Translations under genes and position numbers: made by a program
Source of the DNA: Candidatus Edwardsbacteria bacterium
GTDB taxonomy: Bacteria > Edwardsbacteria > AC1 > EtOH8
Direction: 5' to 3'
DNA: 57,468 bases
NCBI GenBank assembly: GCA_025453955.1
Contig: JALOPJ010000003.1
Span: 1-57,468, forward strand
The notes under the pieces: model-generated
What the model was told of the DNA's origin: nothing
The model's database searches: none
What the model saw: only the letters and a program-made list of their open reading frames with translations
Part shown: piece by piece, positions 1 to 11,296 of the stretch
Layout of the letters: the number at the start of each line of letters is the position of its first letter
Position numbering within the stretch: position 1 is the first letter of the stretch

Positions 1-203
1 GGGCCCTGGATCATGTCGCAGTTGAAGAAGCTGTCGGCGAACACCGCGCAGCCCACCGGGGCGACGCCGACGGTGCGCTCGCGGATGCCCAGCTCGTCCA
101 TGCACTCGGCCACCAGCCGGTGGACGATGCCGTGGCCGCAGCCCGGGCAGTAGCTGAAGTTGATGCCGGTCAGGCTGTCCGGCCGTTTGTTCATCTGCTG
201 CAT
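1..203 (-). CDS. 2-oxoacid:ferredoxin oxidoreductase, TPP-binding (beta) subunit, partial (runs off window)
   Basis: Manual translation [33 protein letters not shown]...APVGCAVF; YCPGCGHG motif; ATG overlaps the TGA of the upstream gene. Confidence 0.9.
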   Translation of the reverse strand, partial: MQQMNKRPDSLTGINFSYCPGCGHGIVHRLVAECMDELGIRERTVGVAPVGCAVFADSFFNCDMIQG

Positions 204-1408
204 CAGTTACGCCCTCCCTTCCGGCCGCGTTTCACGGGCCGCGCGGTCTTTTTCGGCTTGGCGTTGCGCTTCGTTTTTCGGACCGTGGCCCTGGCGGGCC
301 TGGCGGTTTTCTTCCGCGGGGGAGCGGCCTTCGCCTTCGCGGGTGCCGCGGTCCCCTTGCACGATTTTTCCACGGCCGCGAACACCTCCTCCCCGGACGG
401 GATGCCGGACGGCCGGGCGTAGAGGTCGACCGGGGCGGCGCCGCACACCGCCAGCCGCACGTCGTCCACCAGCTGGCCCATGCTCATCTCGACCACCAGG
501 AATTTTCCGACCCTCTTCGCCAGCTGCGCCAGCTGTTTCGACGGGAACGGCCAGAGGGTGATCGGCCGGAACAGGCCGACCTTCAGCCCCTTGTCGCGGG
601 CCATCTTCAGGGCGGCGCTGGCGATGCGGGACGAGGTGCCGTAGGCCACGATCACCAGGTCGGCGTCGTCGCACTGGGTCGTCTCGTACAGGACCTCGTT
701 CTCCTGCACCCTGCGGTAGCGCTCGATCCGCTTGAGGTTGATCTTCTCCAGCTCGCCCTCGCGCAGGTCGTACGACTTGACGACGCGCTTGCCCCGGCCG
801 GCGCTGTTGCCCAGCGCCCAGTCCGGGGCCGGCAGCGTGGCGGGGTCGACCGGCCGGAACTTGAATTCCACCGGCTCCATCATCTGGCCCAGGATGCCGT
901 CGGCCAGGACCATGGCCGGCATCCGGTACTTCTCGGCCAGCTCGTAGCATTTCTTGGGGAAGTTGCCCATCTCGTCCACCGAGTTGGGGGCCAGCACGAT
1001 CACCCGGTAGTCGCCGTGGCCGCCGCCCCGCACCGACTGGTGGTAGTCGCCCTGGGCCGCGGCGATGTTGCCCAGGCCCGGGCCGCCCCGCACCACGTTG
1101 GCGTAGAAGAACGGCAGGTCGGCGCCGGCGCAGTAGCTGATGCCCTCCTGCTTGAGGCTGATGCCCGGGCTGGAGGACGAGGTCATCGACCGGATGCCGG
1201 TGGCCGCCGCGCCGTAGATCATGTTGATGGCCGCCACCTCGGACTCGGCCTGGACGAACCTGCCGCCCTCGTCGGGCAGCCGCCACGACATGTACTCCGG
1301 GACCTCGTTCTGCGGCGTGATCGGATAGCCGGCGAAGAAGCGGCAGCCGGCGCGGATCGCGCCCTCGGCCAGCGCCTCGTTCCCCTTCATCAGGATGCGT
1401 TCACCCAT
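203..1408 (-). CDS. vorB: 2-oxoacid:ferredoxin oxidoreductase alpha subunit (VorB-like) with basic C-terminal tail
   Basis: [29 protein letters not shown] motifs; between ferredoxin and beta subunit. Confidence 0.88.
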   Translation of the reverse strand: MGERILMKGNEALAEGAIRAGCRFFAGYPITPQNEVPEYMSWRLPDEGGRFVQAESEVAAINMIYGAAATGIRSMTSSSSPGISLKQEGISYCAGADLPFFYANVVRGGPGLGNIAAAQGDYHQSVRGGGHGDYRVIVLAPNSVDEMGNFPKKCYELAEKYRMPAMVLADGILGQMMEPVEFKFRPVDPATLPAPDWALGNSAGRGKRVVKSYDLREGELEKINLKRIERYRRVQENEVLYETTQCDDADLVIVAYGTSSRIASAALKMARDKGLKVGLFRPITLWPFPSKQLAQLAKRVGKFLVVEMSMGQLVDDVRLAVCGAAPVDLYARPSGIPSGEEVFAAVEKSCKGTAAPAKAKAAPPRKKTARPARATVRKTKRNAKPKKTARPVKRGRKGGRN

Positions 1409-1457
1409 GTGTCCTATCTCCTTGCGTTGCGTGTTCGGCGGAAACGCGGCCGGCCGC

Positions 1458-1661
1458 TCACTTGAAGACGGTGATGGCCAGGTCCGGGCAGATCTGGGCG
1501 CACAGGCCGCAGCCGATGCAGCAGTCCTGCTTGGCCAGCATGGCCGGGTAGTAGCCGGTGGTGGAGAATTTCTCCGACATGGCGATGCACTGCTTGGGGC
1601 AGGCGGTGACGCACAGCTCGCACCCCTTGCACCGGGCCTCGTCCACTTTGATCTCGGGCAT
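1458..1661 (-). CDS. 2x[4Fe-4S] ferredoxin (delta subunit)
   Basis: Two CxxCxxCxxxCP motifs; AGGAG RBS before ATG at 1661. Confidence 0.92.
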   Translation of the reverse strand: MPEIKVDEARCKGCELCVTACPKQCIAMSEKFSTTGYYPAMLAKQDCCIGCGLCAQICPDLAITVFK

Positions 1662-1784
1662 GTCTGGGCTCCTGTTATGTATGAAAACTAGGTATGACGC
1701 CGGCAAAGAAAAACACAGAGGACATATGGATCAGCTGTCGGTGACGACTGATATGTGCTCTGTGGTGCGCATGATCGGACATGT

Positions 1785-1813
1785 ATTCTAACAGAAATCA
1801 ACGGCATTTGCAA
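1785..1813 (-). promoter_or_regulatory. sigma70 promoter of the oxidoreductase operon
   Basis: TTGCAA-N17-TAGAAT with extended TG. Confidence 0.6.
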
Positions 1814-1983
1814 GGGGAAACGGACTGCCGGGATCCAGGACGGCCGTCCATGATGGAAGTAACGCTTGAAGATCAAGCGCATATTTTTTAAAACGAGCGA
1901 ACATCATCGTATTCCAGATGGTTGTGCGCTTGTTATCGTGAAGATTGCCAGCCAATCGCTCAACGGCAATGCCGAGTACGCGT

Positions 1984-2018
1984 AAAAAAACACCCTCCCT
2001 CGGTGCCGAGGGAGGGTG
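1984..2018 (-). terminator. Rho-independent terminator after tRNA-Gly
   Basis: Perfect inverted repeat CACCCTCCCTCGG/CCGAGGGAGGGTG followed by T7 on minus strand. Confidence 0.9.
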
Positions 2019-2032
2019 ACGCCGATTGTCGA

Positions 2033-2107
2033 TGGAGCGGGTGATGGGAATCGGACCCACAATATTCAGCTTGGGAAGCTGACGTTCTACCACTGAACTA
2101 CACCCGC
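2033..2107 (-). tRNA. tRNA-Gly(CCC), atypical T-loop TCCGATT
   Basis: GCGGGTGTAGTTCAGTGGTAGAACGTCAGCTTCCCAAGCTGAATATTGTGGGTCCGATTCCCATCACCCGCTCCA folds as a cloverleaf with encoded CCA. Confidence 0.92.
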
Positions 2108-2115
2108 ATGTTCCT

Positions 2116-2144
2116 ATTGTACCTCATTTTGATCCCGATGTCAA
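2116..2144 (-). promoter_or_regulatory. sigma70 promoter of tRNA-Gly
   Basis: TTGACA-N17-TACAAT, 8 nt upstream of the tRNA 5' end. Confidence 0.8.
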
Positions 2145-2253
2145 GCACATCGTCGCGCAACAGTACCGGCATCGCCCGGGGCGTCACCCGATCCGTCGCT
2201 GGTCCGATCTCGTCTCTGCACGTCAGGGAACCAACCACCAGCCGAGATCGCTC

Positions 2254-4266
2254 TCAGGATACCATAATCCGGAAATTGGGGAAATGCGTGGCATTGTACT
2301 CGTTGTTCCCTGCCGGATTCTGGGCGAACCCCGCGGTCCCGGTCAGCGCCATGCAGCAGTACACCACATATTCCCCGGCGTCGCCCGGCGCCTTGATGTC
2401 GTCGCGGAGCGACACCGATTCGTTCGGGTGCACCGGCCCGGGGAGAGGAATGTTCGAATACGCGACATATCTGGTGAGGTCCTCGGCCCGGGACCAGATG
2501 CACTGGAAAATGTACTGGCCGCGTCTCTCCGCGCGTGTCTTGCTGACGCTCAGCCACGGGTTCCGTCCGGTATTCGTGACCCGGACGCTGATCCTGACGG
2601 TCCCCCGAGCCGGCACCGCGGTCGGTGATACCTCCAGGACCTCGATGGCGGCCCGGTTGCCGCGACCCATCCGCTTGGGGAAGCGCTTGATTCCGTGGCC
2701 GGGGAGCTTGATGCCAAGGGTGGCGACCTTCTTGGTCAGGCCCATCCGGGTCAGGCCCAGCCGGGCGGCGGTGGCGGTGACGTTGAAGGCGTTGGCCTGC
2801 AGCGCCGCGGCCACCAGGGCCCGCTCGTGCAGCCGCACCATCTCCTTGAGCTTGCCCTCCCGCAGCGCCAGCGTGCCGTGGATGATGTCGCCCGGCAGCA
2901 GCTCCGGCCCGATCTCCCCGGCGGGGTCCTGGGCCAGCGCGTACTGCACCGCCTTCTCCAGCTCCCGCACGTTCCCCGGCCAGCGGAAATTGTGCAGCAC
3001 CGCCAGCGCCTGCGGCGCGAACCGGTGGTCCTTGCCATGGCCGTATTTCTTGAGGAACAGCTCCAGCAGCCCGTCGAAGTGCTTCATCCGCTCCCGCAGG
3101 GGCGGCAGGTTGAGCGTCGCCCCCTTCAGCCGGTAGAACAGGTCCTCCCGGAACTGGCCCTTCTCCACCATCGCCCGCAGGTCCCGGTTGGTGCAGGCGA
3201 TCACCCGCACGTTCACCGGCTTGGGCTTGCGGGCCCCGATCCGCATCACCATCTGGTCGTTCAGGATCCGCAGCAGCTTGGGCTGCATCGCCAGCGGCAG
3301 CTCCGAGATCTCGTCCAGCATGATCGTCCCGCCGTCCGCCAGCTCGAACTTGCCCGCCCGGCCCTCGCTCTTGGCCCCGGTGAACGACCCCGGCTCGTAG
3401 CCGAACAGCTCGCTCTCCACCAGGTGCTCCGGCAGCGCCGTGCAGTCGATCACCACGAACGGCCCCTTGGCCCGCACCGACGAGTAGTGCACCGCCCGCG
3501 CCATCACCTCCTTGCCCGTCCCGCTCTCCCCGGTCACCAGGAACGACAGGTCCGAGTTGGCCAGCACCATCGCCTGCCGCCGCAGTTCCGGCCCCACCCC
3601 CGCCAGCGCGTCCAGGTCGGTCGCCGACAGCGACTCCTGCCGGATGAACCGCAGCGTCTCCCGCTTCTCCTCCTCCAGCACCACGATCACCTTGTCGCTC
3701 TGGTGGTAGGCGCTGGCCAGCAGGTGCAGCTCGTCGTCGCCGGTGCGGAACAGCACCTCCTTCTTGTACGCCGGGTAGCGCCAGAAGTCCGCCGGCGCGA
3801 ACTCCCCCAGGTTCCCCACCGTCCAGTACCGGGCCTGCCCCGCGTGCAGCCCCACCCGCAGCATCACCTTGGCCGCGCTGTTGAGGTACAGCACCGCGCC
3901 GTTGGCGTCCAGCAGCACCACCCCCTCGCTCATGTTGTCCATGATGAAGAACCGGAACTCGTCCTCCACCTGCACCCGCTCCCAGTCCAGCACCAGCACG
4001 ATCCCCTCCGCCGCGTGGTGGGTCGTGGCCAGGCACTGCAGCTCCACCCCGTTGCGCCGTACCATCACGTCCGTCTTCGACAGCGTTTCCCGCCAGAATT
4101 TCACGGGGTACAGCTCGGCCAGCTCGTCCAGCGGCTTGCCGACGTCCCCGTCCGCCAGGTCCAGGTGCTGCCGCGCCGCCGGATTGGCGTACTTGATCAC
4201 GCCGCCCTTCTCCAACAGCACAATACCCTTCGCCAATGCGTCCAGAATGATCTTGCAGTCCTGCAT
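2254..4266 (-). CDS. sigma54-dependent activator (PAS-PAS-AAA+-Fis HTH) with extra C-terminal Ig-like domain
   Basis: GESGTGKE, ESELFG..GSFTGA, LDEI, FREDLFYRL, WPGNVREL, HTH (NVTATAARLGLTRMGL), then about 140 extra residues. Confidence 0.92.
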   Translation of the reverse strand: MQDCKIILDALAKGIVLLEKGGVIKYANPAARQHLDLADGDVGKPLDELAELYPVKFWRETLSKTDVMVRRNGVELQCLATTHHAAEGIVLVLDWERVQVEDEFRFFIMDNMSEGVVLLDANGAVLYLNSAAKVMLRVGLHAGQARYWTVGNLGEFAPADFWRYPAYKKEVLFRTGDDELHLLASAYHQSDKVIVVLEEEKRETLRFIRQESLSATDLDALAGVGPELRRQAMVLANSDLSFLVTGESGTGKEVMARAVHYSSVRAKGPFVVIDCTALPEHLVESELFGYEPGSFTGAKSEGRAGKFELADGGTIMLDEISELPLAMQPKLLRILNDQMVMRIGARKPKPVNVRVIACTNRDLRAMVEKGQFREDLFYRLKGATLNLPPLRERMKHFDGLLELFLKKYGHGKDHRFAPQALAVLHNFRWPGNVRELEKAVQYALAQDPAGEIGPELLPGDIIHGTLALREGKLKEMVRLHERALVAAALQANAFNVTATAARLGLTRMGLTKKVATLGIKLPGHGIKRFPKRMGRGNRAAIEVLEVSPTAVPARGTVRISVRVTNTGRNPWLSVSKTRAERRGQYIFQCIWSRAEDLTRYVAYSNIPLPGPVHPNESVSLRDDIKAPGDAGEYVVYCCMALTGTAGFAQNPAGNNEYNATHFPNFRIMVS

Positions 4267-4318
4267 GGTATACTTGCCTGCTTAAAATGGATTCCGTGAA
4301 TGATATGCAACTAATATT

Positions 4319-4335
4319 AGCAATAATAATGCCAA
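4319..4335 (-). promoter_or_regulatory. sigma54 -24/-12 promoter upstream of the activator gene
   Basis: TTGGCATTATTATTGCT (GG-N10-GC), about 50 nt upstream of the ATG. Confidence 0.7.
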
Positions 4336-4583
4336 GATGATACTTTTGTTTATCGACATGTAATACATTATATATCAATCGAATAGGTTGGTAATCGCCG
4401 TCTATAAGCAACATTTGTTAACAATGATAATTATAAAAAATTGTAACAATCCAATTGTGTTAACTTAACAAACGTATTTTCAATATCTTATGCATTATGA
4501 CAAAAGATAACATTAGTATACTTAAGTAATGCAATTCAGTGACATGTGCTGTCATATATATTATATTCTGCAATGTGTACAGT

Positions 4584-4613
4584 AAAAAGCGGCATGCTTG
4601 CGCATGCCGCTTT
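4584..4613 (-). terminator. Rho-independent terminator after the cyclase gene
   Basis: GCGGCATGC-GCAA-GCATGCCGC-TTTTT on minus strand. Confidence 0.88.
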
Positions 4614-4627
4614 AGGCAACCGTGTAA

Positions 4628-7534
4628 TTATTTCTTCTCAGCCTGGGCTTGTTTCTCCTTCTCGGCCTTCTCCGCCTCCTCGGCCTCCTTGATCTGCCGC
4701 TCCAGCTCGGGCAGGATGCCGGCCTCGACCATCTTGTCGAACACCTCCAGCGCCCGGTCGTAGTGGGCCAGCGCCTCCTGGTTGGCGTAGGCCTTCTTGG
4801 CCTTGTCGCCGGCCTCGACCGAGTAGTAGAACGCCGGCACCCAGTTCTGGGCGTAGTAGTAGTGGTGGGCCAGGATGCCCAGCACGTCGTCGATGGCCTT
4901 CTCGTTGGTCTGCTCCAGGTGGTCGCCGATGCTGTTGTGCAGCTCGCGGCGGCGGGAGAAGGCCAGGCTCTCGTAGGCCACCTCCTGGGTCATGATGTGC
5001 TTGAAGATGTACTGCTGGGGCTGCTCGGACAGGATCAGGTCGAACCGGTTGAGCTCCTTGAGGTGGTCGGACAGCACCGTGCGCTTGGAGTAGATGGCCT
5101 CCAGCACGCCGTAGCCGAAGTGCCGGCCGATCACCGACGCCACCTGCAGCACGTCCTTGGTCTCGGGCGCCAGGTGGTCGATGCGGCTCATGATCACGCC
5201 CTGCACCGTGTCCGGGATGTGGACGTTCCTGACCTCCTGCACCGCCACCTGCCACTTGCCGTCCTTCTCCACCACCACCTTCTGCTCGATCAGCGACTTG
5301 ATCACCTCCTCGACGAAGAACGGGTTGCCCTGCGATTTCTTGAGGATCAGCTCCTCCAGCTCCTTGGGCATGCCCTCGATCGCCAGCAGGGTCCGCACCA
5401 GCTCGATGCTCTCCTCGGGCGACAGCTCCTTGAGCTGGATGTCGCTGAAGTACTCCTTGGTCTGGAACTCGTGCTTGGCGTCCAGCGGCCGGTAGAGCAG
5501 CGCCAGCAGGATGGCCTTGTCCCCGATGTTGCGGGCCACGTAGTTGAGCAGCGCCAGCGAGGCGTTGTCGGCCCAGTGCAGGTCCTCGATCACCAGCAGC
5601 AGCGGCTCCTGGGTGGCGCCCCAGGCCAGGATGTCCAGCACCAGGTCGAACAGGCGCTGCTGCCGCAGCTTGGGGTCGAGCGACTTGGTGAGGCCGGTCT
5701 CGGGGATCCAGACCCCGACCAGCTCGCCCACGATCGGCGCCCAGTCCTTGAGGGCCGGGTCGATCACCCCCAGCATCTTCTCGATCTTGGCCGCCTTCTC
5801 CTCCATGGTCGCCAGCTTCTTGGTGCCGAGGTAGCCCTCGAACAGGTCGGCCCACGGCAGGTAGGAGATGGCCGTGCCGTAGGACTGGCAGTTGCCGCCG
5901 AACATGCTGTAGCCGTGCTCCAGCCACAGCTGGGCCAGCTCCCGGCCCAGCCGCGACTTGCCGATGCCGGGCTCGCCCACCACCGCCACCACCTGGCCCT
6001 TGCCGGCGATCACCTTGTCGATCGACTGGGTCAGCACCTGCTTCTCCTGCCGGCGGCCGACCATCGACTTCGACTCCGACACCCACCGCCCGAAGATGCT
6101 GTCGGCCGCGGCCGCCTTCCGCACCACCTGGTAGATGGCCACCGGCAGCGATTTGCCCTTGAACTCGCGCTCGCCCAGGGCCGCCACCTCGAACTTGCCG
6201 GCCGTCTTGCGGTTGACCGCCGCCGTCACCAGCAGCTGCTCCTCGCCGGACTGCGACATCAGCCGGGCGGCCAGGTTGACCTCGTCGCCCATCACGGTGA
6301 ACTCGCGGCGCCGGGCCGAGCCGATGGTCCCGGCGAAGACGTAGCCGCTGTTGATGCCGAAGCGGTGCTTGACGCCGCCGAACTTGAACTCCTCGTGCCC
6401 CAGCATCTCCAGGGCGCACAGCACCGCCCGCTCGTCGTTGTTCTCGTAGGTGATGGGCGCGCCGAACAGGATCAGCGCCCGCTGCCCGGTGGCCGAGAAG
6501 TCGATCTTGTTGATGGTGCCGCCGTACTTCTCCACCGCGTCCTGCAGCACCGCGAAGTAGTTCTGGATCTTGGAGACGGCCTGGGGGTCGCCGTCGAAGT
6601 CCAGCCCCCACAGGTTGAGGAACAGCGCCGTCACCCGGCGGTGCTCGCCGAAGGTGCCCATCCCCTTGGGGTCGGCCACGATCTTCTGCATCACCCAGGG
6701 CGACAGGTAGGGCCGCATCAGCTCCATCTCGGTCACCAGGGCCTCCAGGTCCCGCGGCGCCGCGATGTCGCCGGCCGCCGCCGCCGCCACCTCCGCCGTG
6801 ATGCCGCTGAACCGGAAGGCGCCCTCGCCCTTGGGCTCGGCGGCGATGGCGGGGCCGGCCGCGGCGCGCAGCTCGGCGCTGATCAGGATCTCGCCGATCT
6901 CGGCGGTGTCCTCGATCGCGGAGACCCGGTTGGTGACGGAGCCGGCGACCATGTAGTACGACCCCTTGGCGGAGCCGCCCAGGCGCGAGGCCAGCGCCGC
7001 GCCGCAGTGCAGCGCCAGGTGCAGGTTGAGGTTGAACACGCCGGCCGAGGTCTTGACCTCGGTGAAGTTCTTGACGAAGTCCCGGATCTCCTGCGCCGCC
7101 TTCAGCGCCCGCAGCTGGTGGGACGACCGCTCGCCCGGCAGCGGCGAGAAGCTGATCGACAGCGCGTCGCCGATGAAGCAGATCACGTCGCCGCCGTAGT
7201 TCCCGACGATCTTGATGATCGGCGAGAAGTAGCTGTTGATGATGCCGGTGACCTCCTCGGCGCCCTCCTTGCCGATGCGCGACAGCCGCTCCGACAGGGT
7301 GGTGAACCCGGTGACGTCGGCCAGCATCAGCGTCTGGTCGGACCGGACGCCCCGCTCCAGCTGGGACTGGCCGGTCCTGACGCCGCGCGGCATGTAGGCG
7401 GCCATCGAGGTGTAGATGTCCGTCAGGTGCGGCAGGACCTGCTCCGTGGCGGCGGGGTCGAGCGCGCCGGACGCCGCCTTGGCCGCCGTCTCCGACGGCA
7501 GGTATATCCGCAGGATTTCCTGGCTGTGCTTCAT
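4628..7534 (-). CDS. Class III adenylate/guanylate cyclase (two cyclase domains) fused to a STAND-type P-loop ATPase and short TPR region
   Basis: ADVTGFT..FIGDA, GINSG..VMGDEVNLAARL, Walker A GEPGIGKS, Walker B IEDLHWAD, GNPFF. Confidence 0.9.
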   Translation of the reverse strand: MKHSQEILRIYLPSETAAKAASGALDPAATEQVLPHLTDIYTSMAAYMPRGVRTGQSQLERGVRSDQTLMLADVTGFTTLSERLSRIGKEGAEEVTGIINSYFSPIIKIVGNYGGDVICFIGDALSISFSPLPGERSSHQLRALKAAQEIRDFVKNFTEVKTSAGVFNLNLHLALHCGAALASRLGGSAKGSYYMVAGSVTNRVSAIEDTAEIGEILISAELRAAAGPAIAAEPKGEGAFRFSGITAEVAAAAAGDIAAPRDLEALVTEMELMRPYLSPWVMQKIVADPKGMGTFGEHRRVTALFLNLWGLDFDGDPQAVSKIQNYFAVLQDAVEKYGGTINKIDFSATGQRALILFGAPITYENNDERAVLCALEMLGHEEFKFGGVKHRFGINSGYVFAGTIGSARRREFTVMGDEVNLAARLMSQSGEEQLLVTAAVNRKTAGKFEVAALGEREFKGKSLPVAIYQVVRKAAAADSIFGRWVSESKSMVGRRQEKQVLTQSIDKVIAGKGQVVAVVGEPGIGKSRLGRELAQLWLEHGYSMFGGNCQSYGTAISYLPWADLFEGYLGTKKLATMEEKAAKIEKMLGVIDPALKDWAPIVGELVGVWIPETGLTKSLDPKLRQQRLFDLVLDILAWGATQEPLLLVIEDLHWADNASLALLNYVARNIGDKAILLALLYRPLDAKHEFQTKEYFSDIQLKELSPEESIELVRTLLAIEGMPKELEELILKKSQGNPFFVEEVIKSLIEQKVVVEKDGKWQVAVQEVRNVHIPDTVQGVIMSRIDHLAPETKDVLQVASVIGRHFGYGVLEAIYSKRTVLSDHLKELNRFDLILSEQPQQYIFKHIMTQEVAYESLAFSRRRELHNSIGDHLEQTNEKAIDDVLGILAHHYYYAQNWVPAFYYSVEAGDKAKKAYANQEALAHYDRALEVFDKMVEAGILPELERQIKEAEEAEKAEKEKQAQAEKK

Positions 7535-7561
7535 CGTCCCCTCGTTGGTGGTGTTGACCGA

Positions 7562-7590
7562 ATTGTAGTACGAAACCGGGGAAATTGCAA
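7562..7590 (-). promoter_or_regulatory. sigma70 promoter of the cyclase gene
   Basis: TTGCAA-N17-TACAAT. Confidence 0.6.
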
Positions 7591-7613
7591 GGGGGAATCG
7601 TCCCCGCGGCGGC

Positions 7614-9446
<1,833 letters not shown>

Positions 9447-9450
9447 GGCG

Positions 9451-10794
9451 CTAGCGCAGCCCCTTCACTGCGTTGACGAGCTTCCGCGCACCGGCCGCGG
9501 TCGCGGCCTCGGCGATCACCCGCACGATCGGCTCGGTGCCCGAGGCGCGCACGTGGACCCAGCCGCCGGGCAGCTCGGCCTTGACGCCGTCGCGCCGGTC
9601 GATGACGGCGCCGGGGAACGCCCGCCGCACCGCGGCCAGCAGCCGGGCCGGACGCTCGACCGCGATCGTTTCCTTGATCATCTGATAGACGGGCAGGTCC
9701 GCGGCGATGGCCGAGATGGTCCGGCCATCGACCGCCAGCGACTGCAGGATCAGGGCGATCCCGGCCGTGGCGTCGCGGGCGTGGTTCAGCGCGGGGATGA
9801 TGATGCCCCCGTTGCCCTCGCCGCCGATCACCGCGCGGTGCTCCTTCATCCCGGCCACCACGTTGGCCTCGCCCACCGGCGTGCGCACCACCGTGCCGCC
9901 GCGGCGGGCCGCCACCTCGTCGATCATCCGGCTGGTGGAGAGGTTGGTGACCGCGCTGCCGCGCCGGCGCGACAGCATGAAGTCCGCCGCCAGCGCCAGC
10001 GAGTACTCCTCGCCCAGCGCCCGGCCCCGCTCCGATACGATCGACAGCCGGTCGACGTCGGCGTCGGTGGCGAAGCCGACGTCGGCATGGTGACGGATGA
10101 CGGCGCGCTGGAGTTCGGCGAGGTTCCTGGCCAGGGGCTCGATCGGCCGCGAGAAGGCCCCGGTGGGCTCGGGATGGAGCTGGACGACGCGGCAGCCCAG
10201 CGCGCGCAGCAGCATGCCGAAGATCGGCCCGCCGGCGCCGTGGCAGGTGTCGGTCACCACGGTGAACCGGCGGCGGCGGATGGCGGCGAGGTCTAGGAAG
10301 GGCAGCCGCAGGATGGCGTCGACGTGGGCCGCGACGGCGCCGGGCAGGTCGACGACCGGCCCCAGGTGGGCGAAGTCGGCGTAGCTGATGGCCCCGCGGC
10401 CGTAGCGGTCGATCACCGCTCGCCCCTCGCGCCGGGTGAGGAACAGGCCGCGCGCCGAGACGAACTTCAGCGCGTTCCACTGCGGCGGGTTGTGGCTGGC
10501 CGTGATGGCGATGCCGCCGCGGGCCCGCAGCATCCTGGTCATCAGCTGGACCGTGGGCGTGGGCACGACGCCGATCCGCACCACGCCGCAGCCGACCGAC
10601 CGCAGCCCGGCCTCCACCGCCTGCTCGATCACCGGGCCGGAGAGGCGCGAGTCGCGGCCCACCACCACCCGCCCCCGGCCGGCGCAGGAACCGAAGGCGG
10701 CCGCGAACCGCAACGCAATGGCCGGAGTGAGGCTCGTTCCGACCACGCCCCTCACTCCGGCCACGCTGATCATCAGCTTGTCATGCGACGCCAA
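9451..10794 (-). CDS. glmM: Phosphoglucosamine mutase (phosphohexomutase family)
   Basis: TASHNP, DADVDR, GEGNGG, RASGTEP; adjacent to glmS. Confidence 0.85.
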   Translation of the reverse strand: MASHDKLMISVAGVRGVVGTSLTPAIALRFAAAFGSCAGRGRVVVGRDSRLSGPVIEQAVEAGLRSVGCGVVRIGVVPTPTVQLMTRMLRARGGIAITASHNPPQWNALKFVSARGLFLTRREGRAVIDRYGRGAISYADFAHLGPVVDLPGAVAAHVDAILRLPFLDLAAIRRRRFTVVTDTCHGAGGPIFGMLLRALGCRVVQLHPEPTGAFSRPIEPLARNLAELQRAVIRHHADVGFATDADVDRLSIVSERGRALGEEYSLALAADFMLSRRRGSAVTNLSTSRMIDEVAARRGGTVVRTPVGEANVVAGMKEHRAVIGGEGNGGIIIPALNHARDATAGIALILQSLAVDGRTISAIAADLPVYQMIKETIAVERPARLLAAVRRAFPGAVIDRRDGVKAELPGGWVHVRASGTEPIVRVIAEAATAAGARKLVNAVKGLR

Positions 10795-10848
10795 GGTGTT
10801 TCCTTCAGTGGTTCCCTGCGATGATATCCGTCCAGAAGCGGTTGGTCG

Positions 10849-10924
10849 TGGAGCCGACGAAGGGATTTGAACCCCCGACCTGAGCTTTACGAAAGCCCTG
10901 CTCTACCAGCTGAGCTACGTCGGC
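10849..10924 (-). tRNA. tRNA-Thr(CGT)
   Basis: GCCGACGTAGCTCAGCTGGTAGAGCAGGGCTTTCGTAAAGCTCAGGTCGGGGGTTCAAATCCCTTCGTCGGCTCCA, canonical cloverleaf. Confidence 0.98.
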
Positions 10925-10928
10925 TTGA
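10884..10928. repeat. att-like direct repeat copy 1 (tRNA-Thr 5' half plus 4 nt)
   Basis: 45 bp identical to 24507-24551. Confidence 0.95.
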
Positions 10929-11014
10929 TGATAGAATCCAAAGGGTTAGATCCAGGACGCCCGTTTGATAGGTCTCAATGAGTGTCCAGAATGTGGCCAT
11001 CGTACGAACACAGC

Positions 11015-11043
11015 ATTTTACCATTTTTACACGCGATTGTCAA
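11015..11043 (-). promoter_or_regulatory. Element-borne sigma70 promoter for tRNA-Thr (and probably glmM-glmS)
   Basis: TTGACA-N17-TAAAAT; homologous copy at 24638-24666. Confidence 0.8.
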
Positions 11044-11099
11044 ACCCGTTTCAAGTATATTATCCACTGCAACAACGTGCCCGCGGCACCAACGACAAT

Positions 11100-11130
11100 A
11101 AAGCCCGCGAGCGGTAAAGCTCGGGGGCTT
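11100..11130 (-). terminator. Terminator-like hairpin insulating the tRNA promoter from cargo 1
   Basis: AAGCCCGCGAGC..GCTCGGGGGCTT; homologous hairpin at 24720-24752. Confidence 0.6.
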
Positions 11131-11296
11131 GTGAGGACCGGGTGGTGTGTTGATGGGGGTTCTAGTAATGGGCGGGGCTCGATATCCTTCACCCCCTCCC
11201 GATAGCGGCAATGATGGCCTTGAGTAAAATCCTGGTTTCCTGAGTAATGGTAATAGTGTTTTCTGCCCGCCGATAGGCGATCGGTTACAAAAACAA

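Noticed and set aside
1788-2093. 101-aa minus-strand ORF
   Set aside because: It runs through the tRNA-Gly, its terminator and the downstream promoter, so it is probably spurious.
4270-4583. AT-rich region as a replication origin
   Set aside because: No DnaA-box cluster or dnaA/dnaN/parAB neighbours; better explained as a sigma54 control region.
9447-9450. glmS ribozyme
   Set aside because: Only 4 nt separate glmM and glmS.
11060-11068. TTATCCACT, 8/9 DnaA box
   Set aside because: Single imperfect copy, expected by chance.
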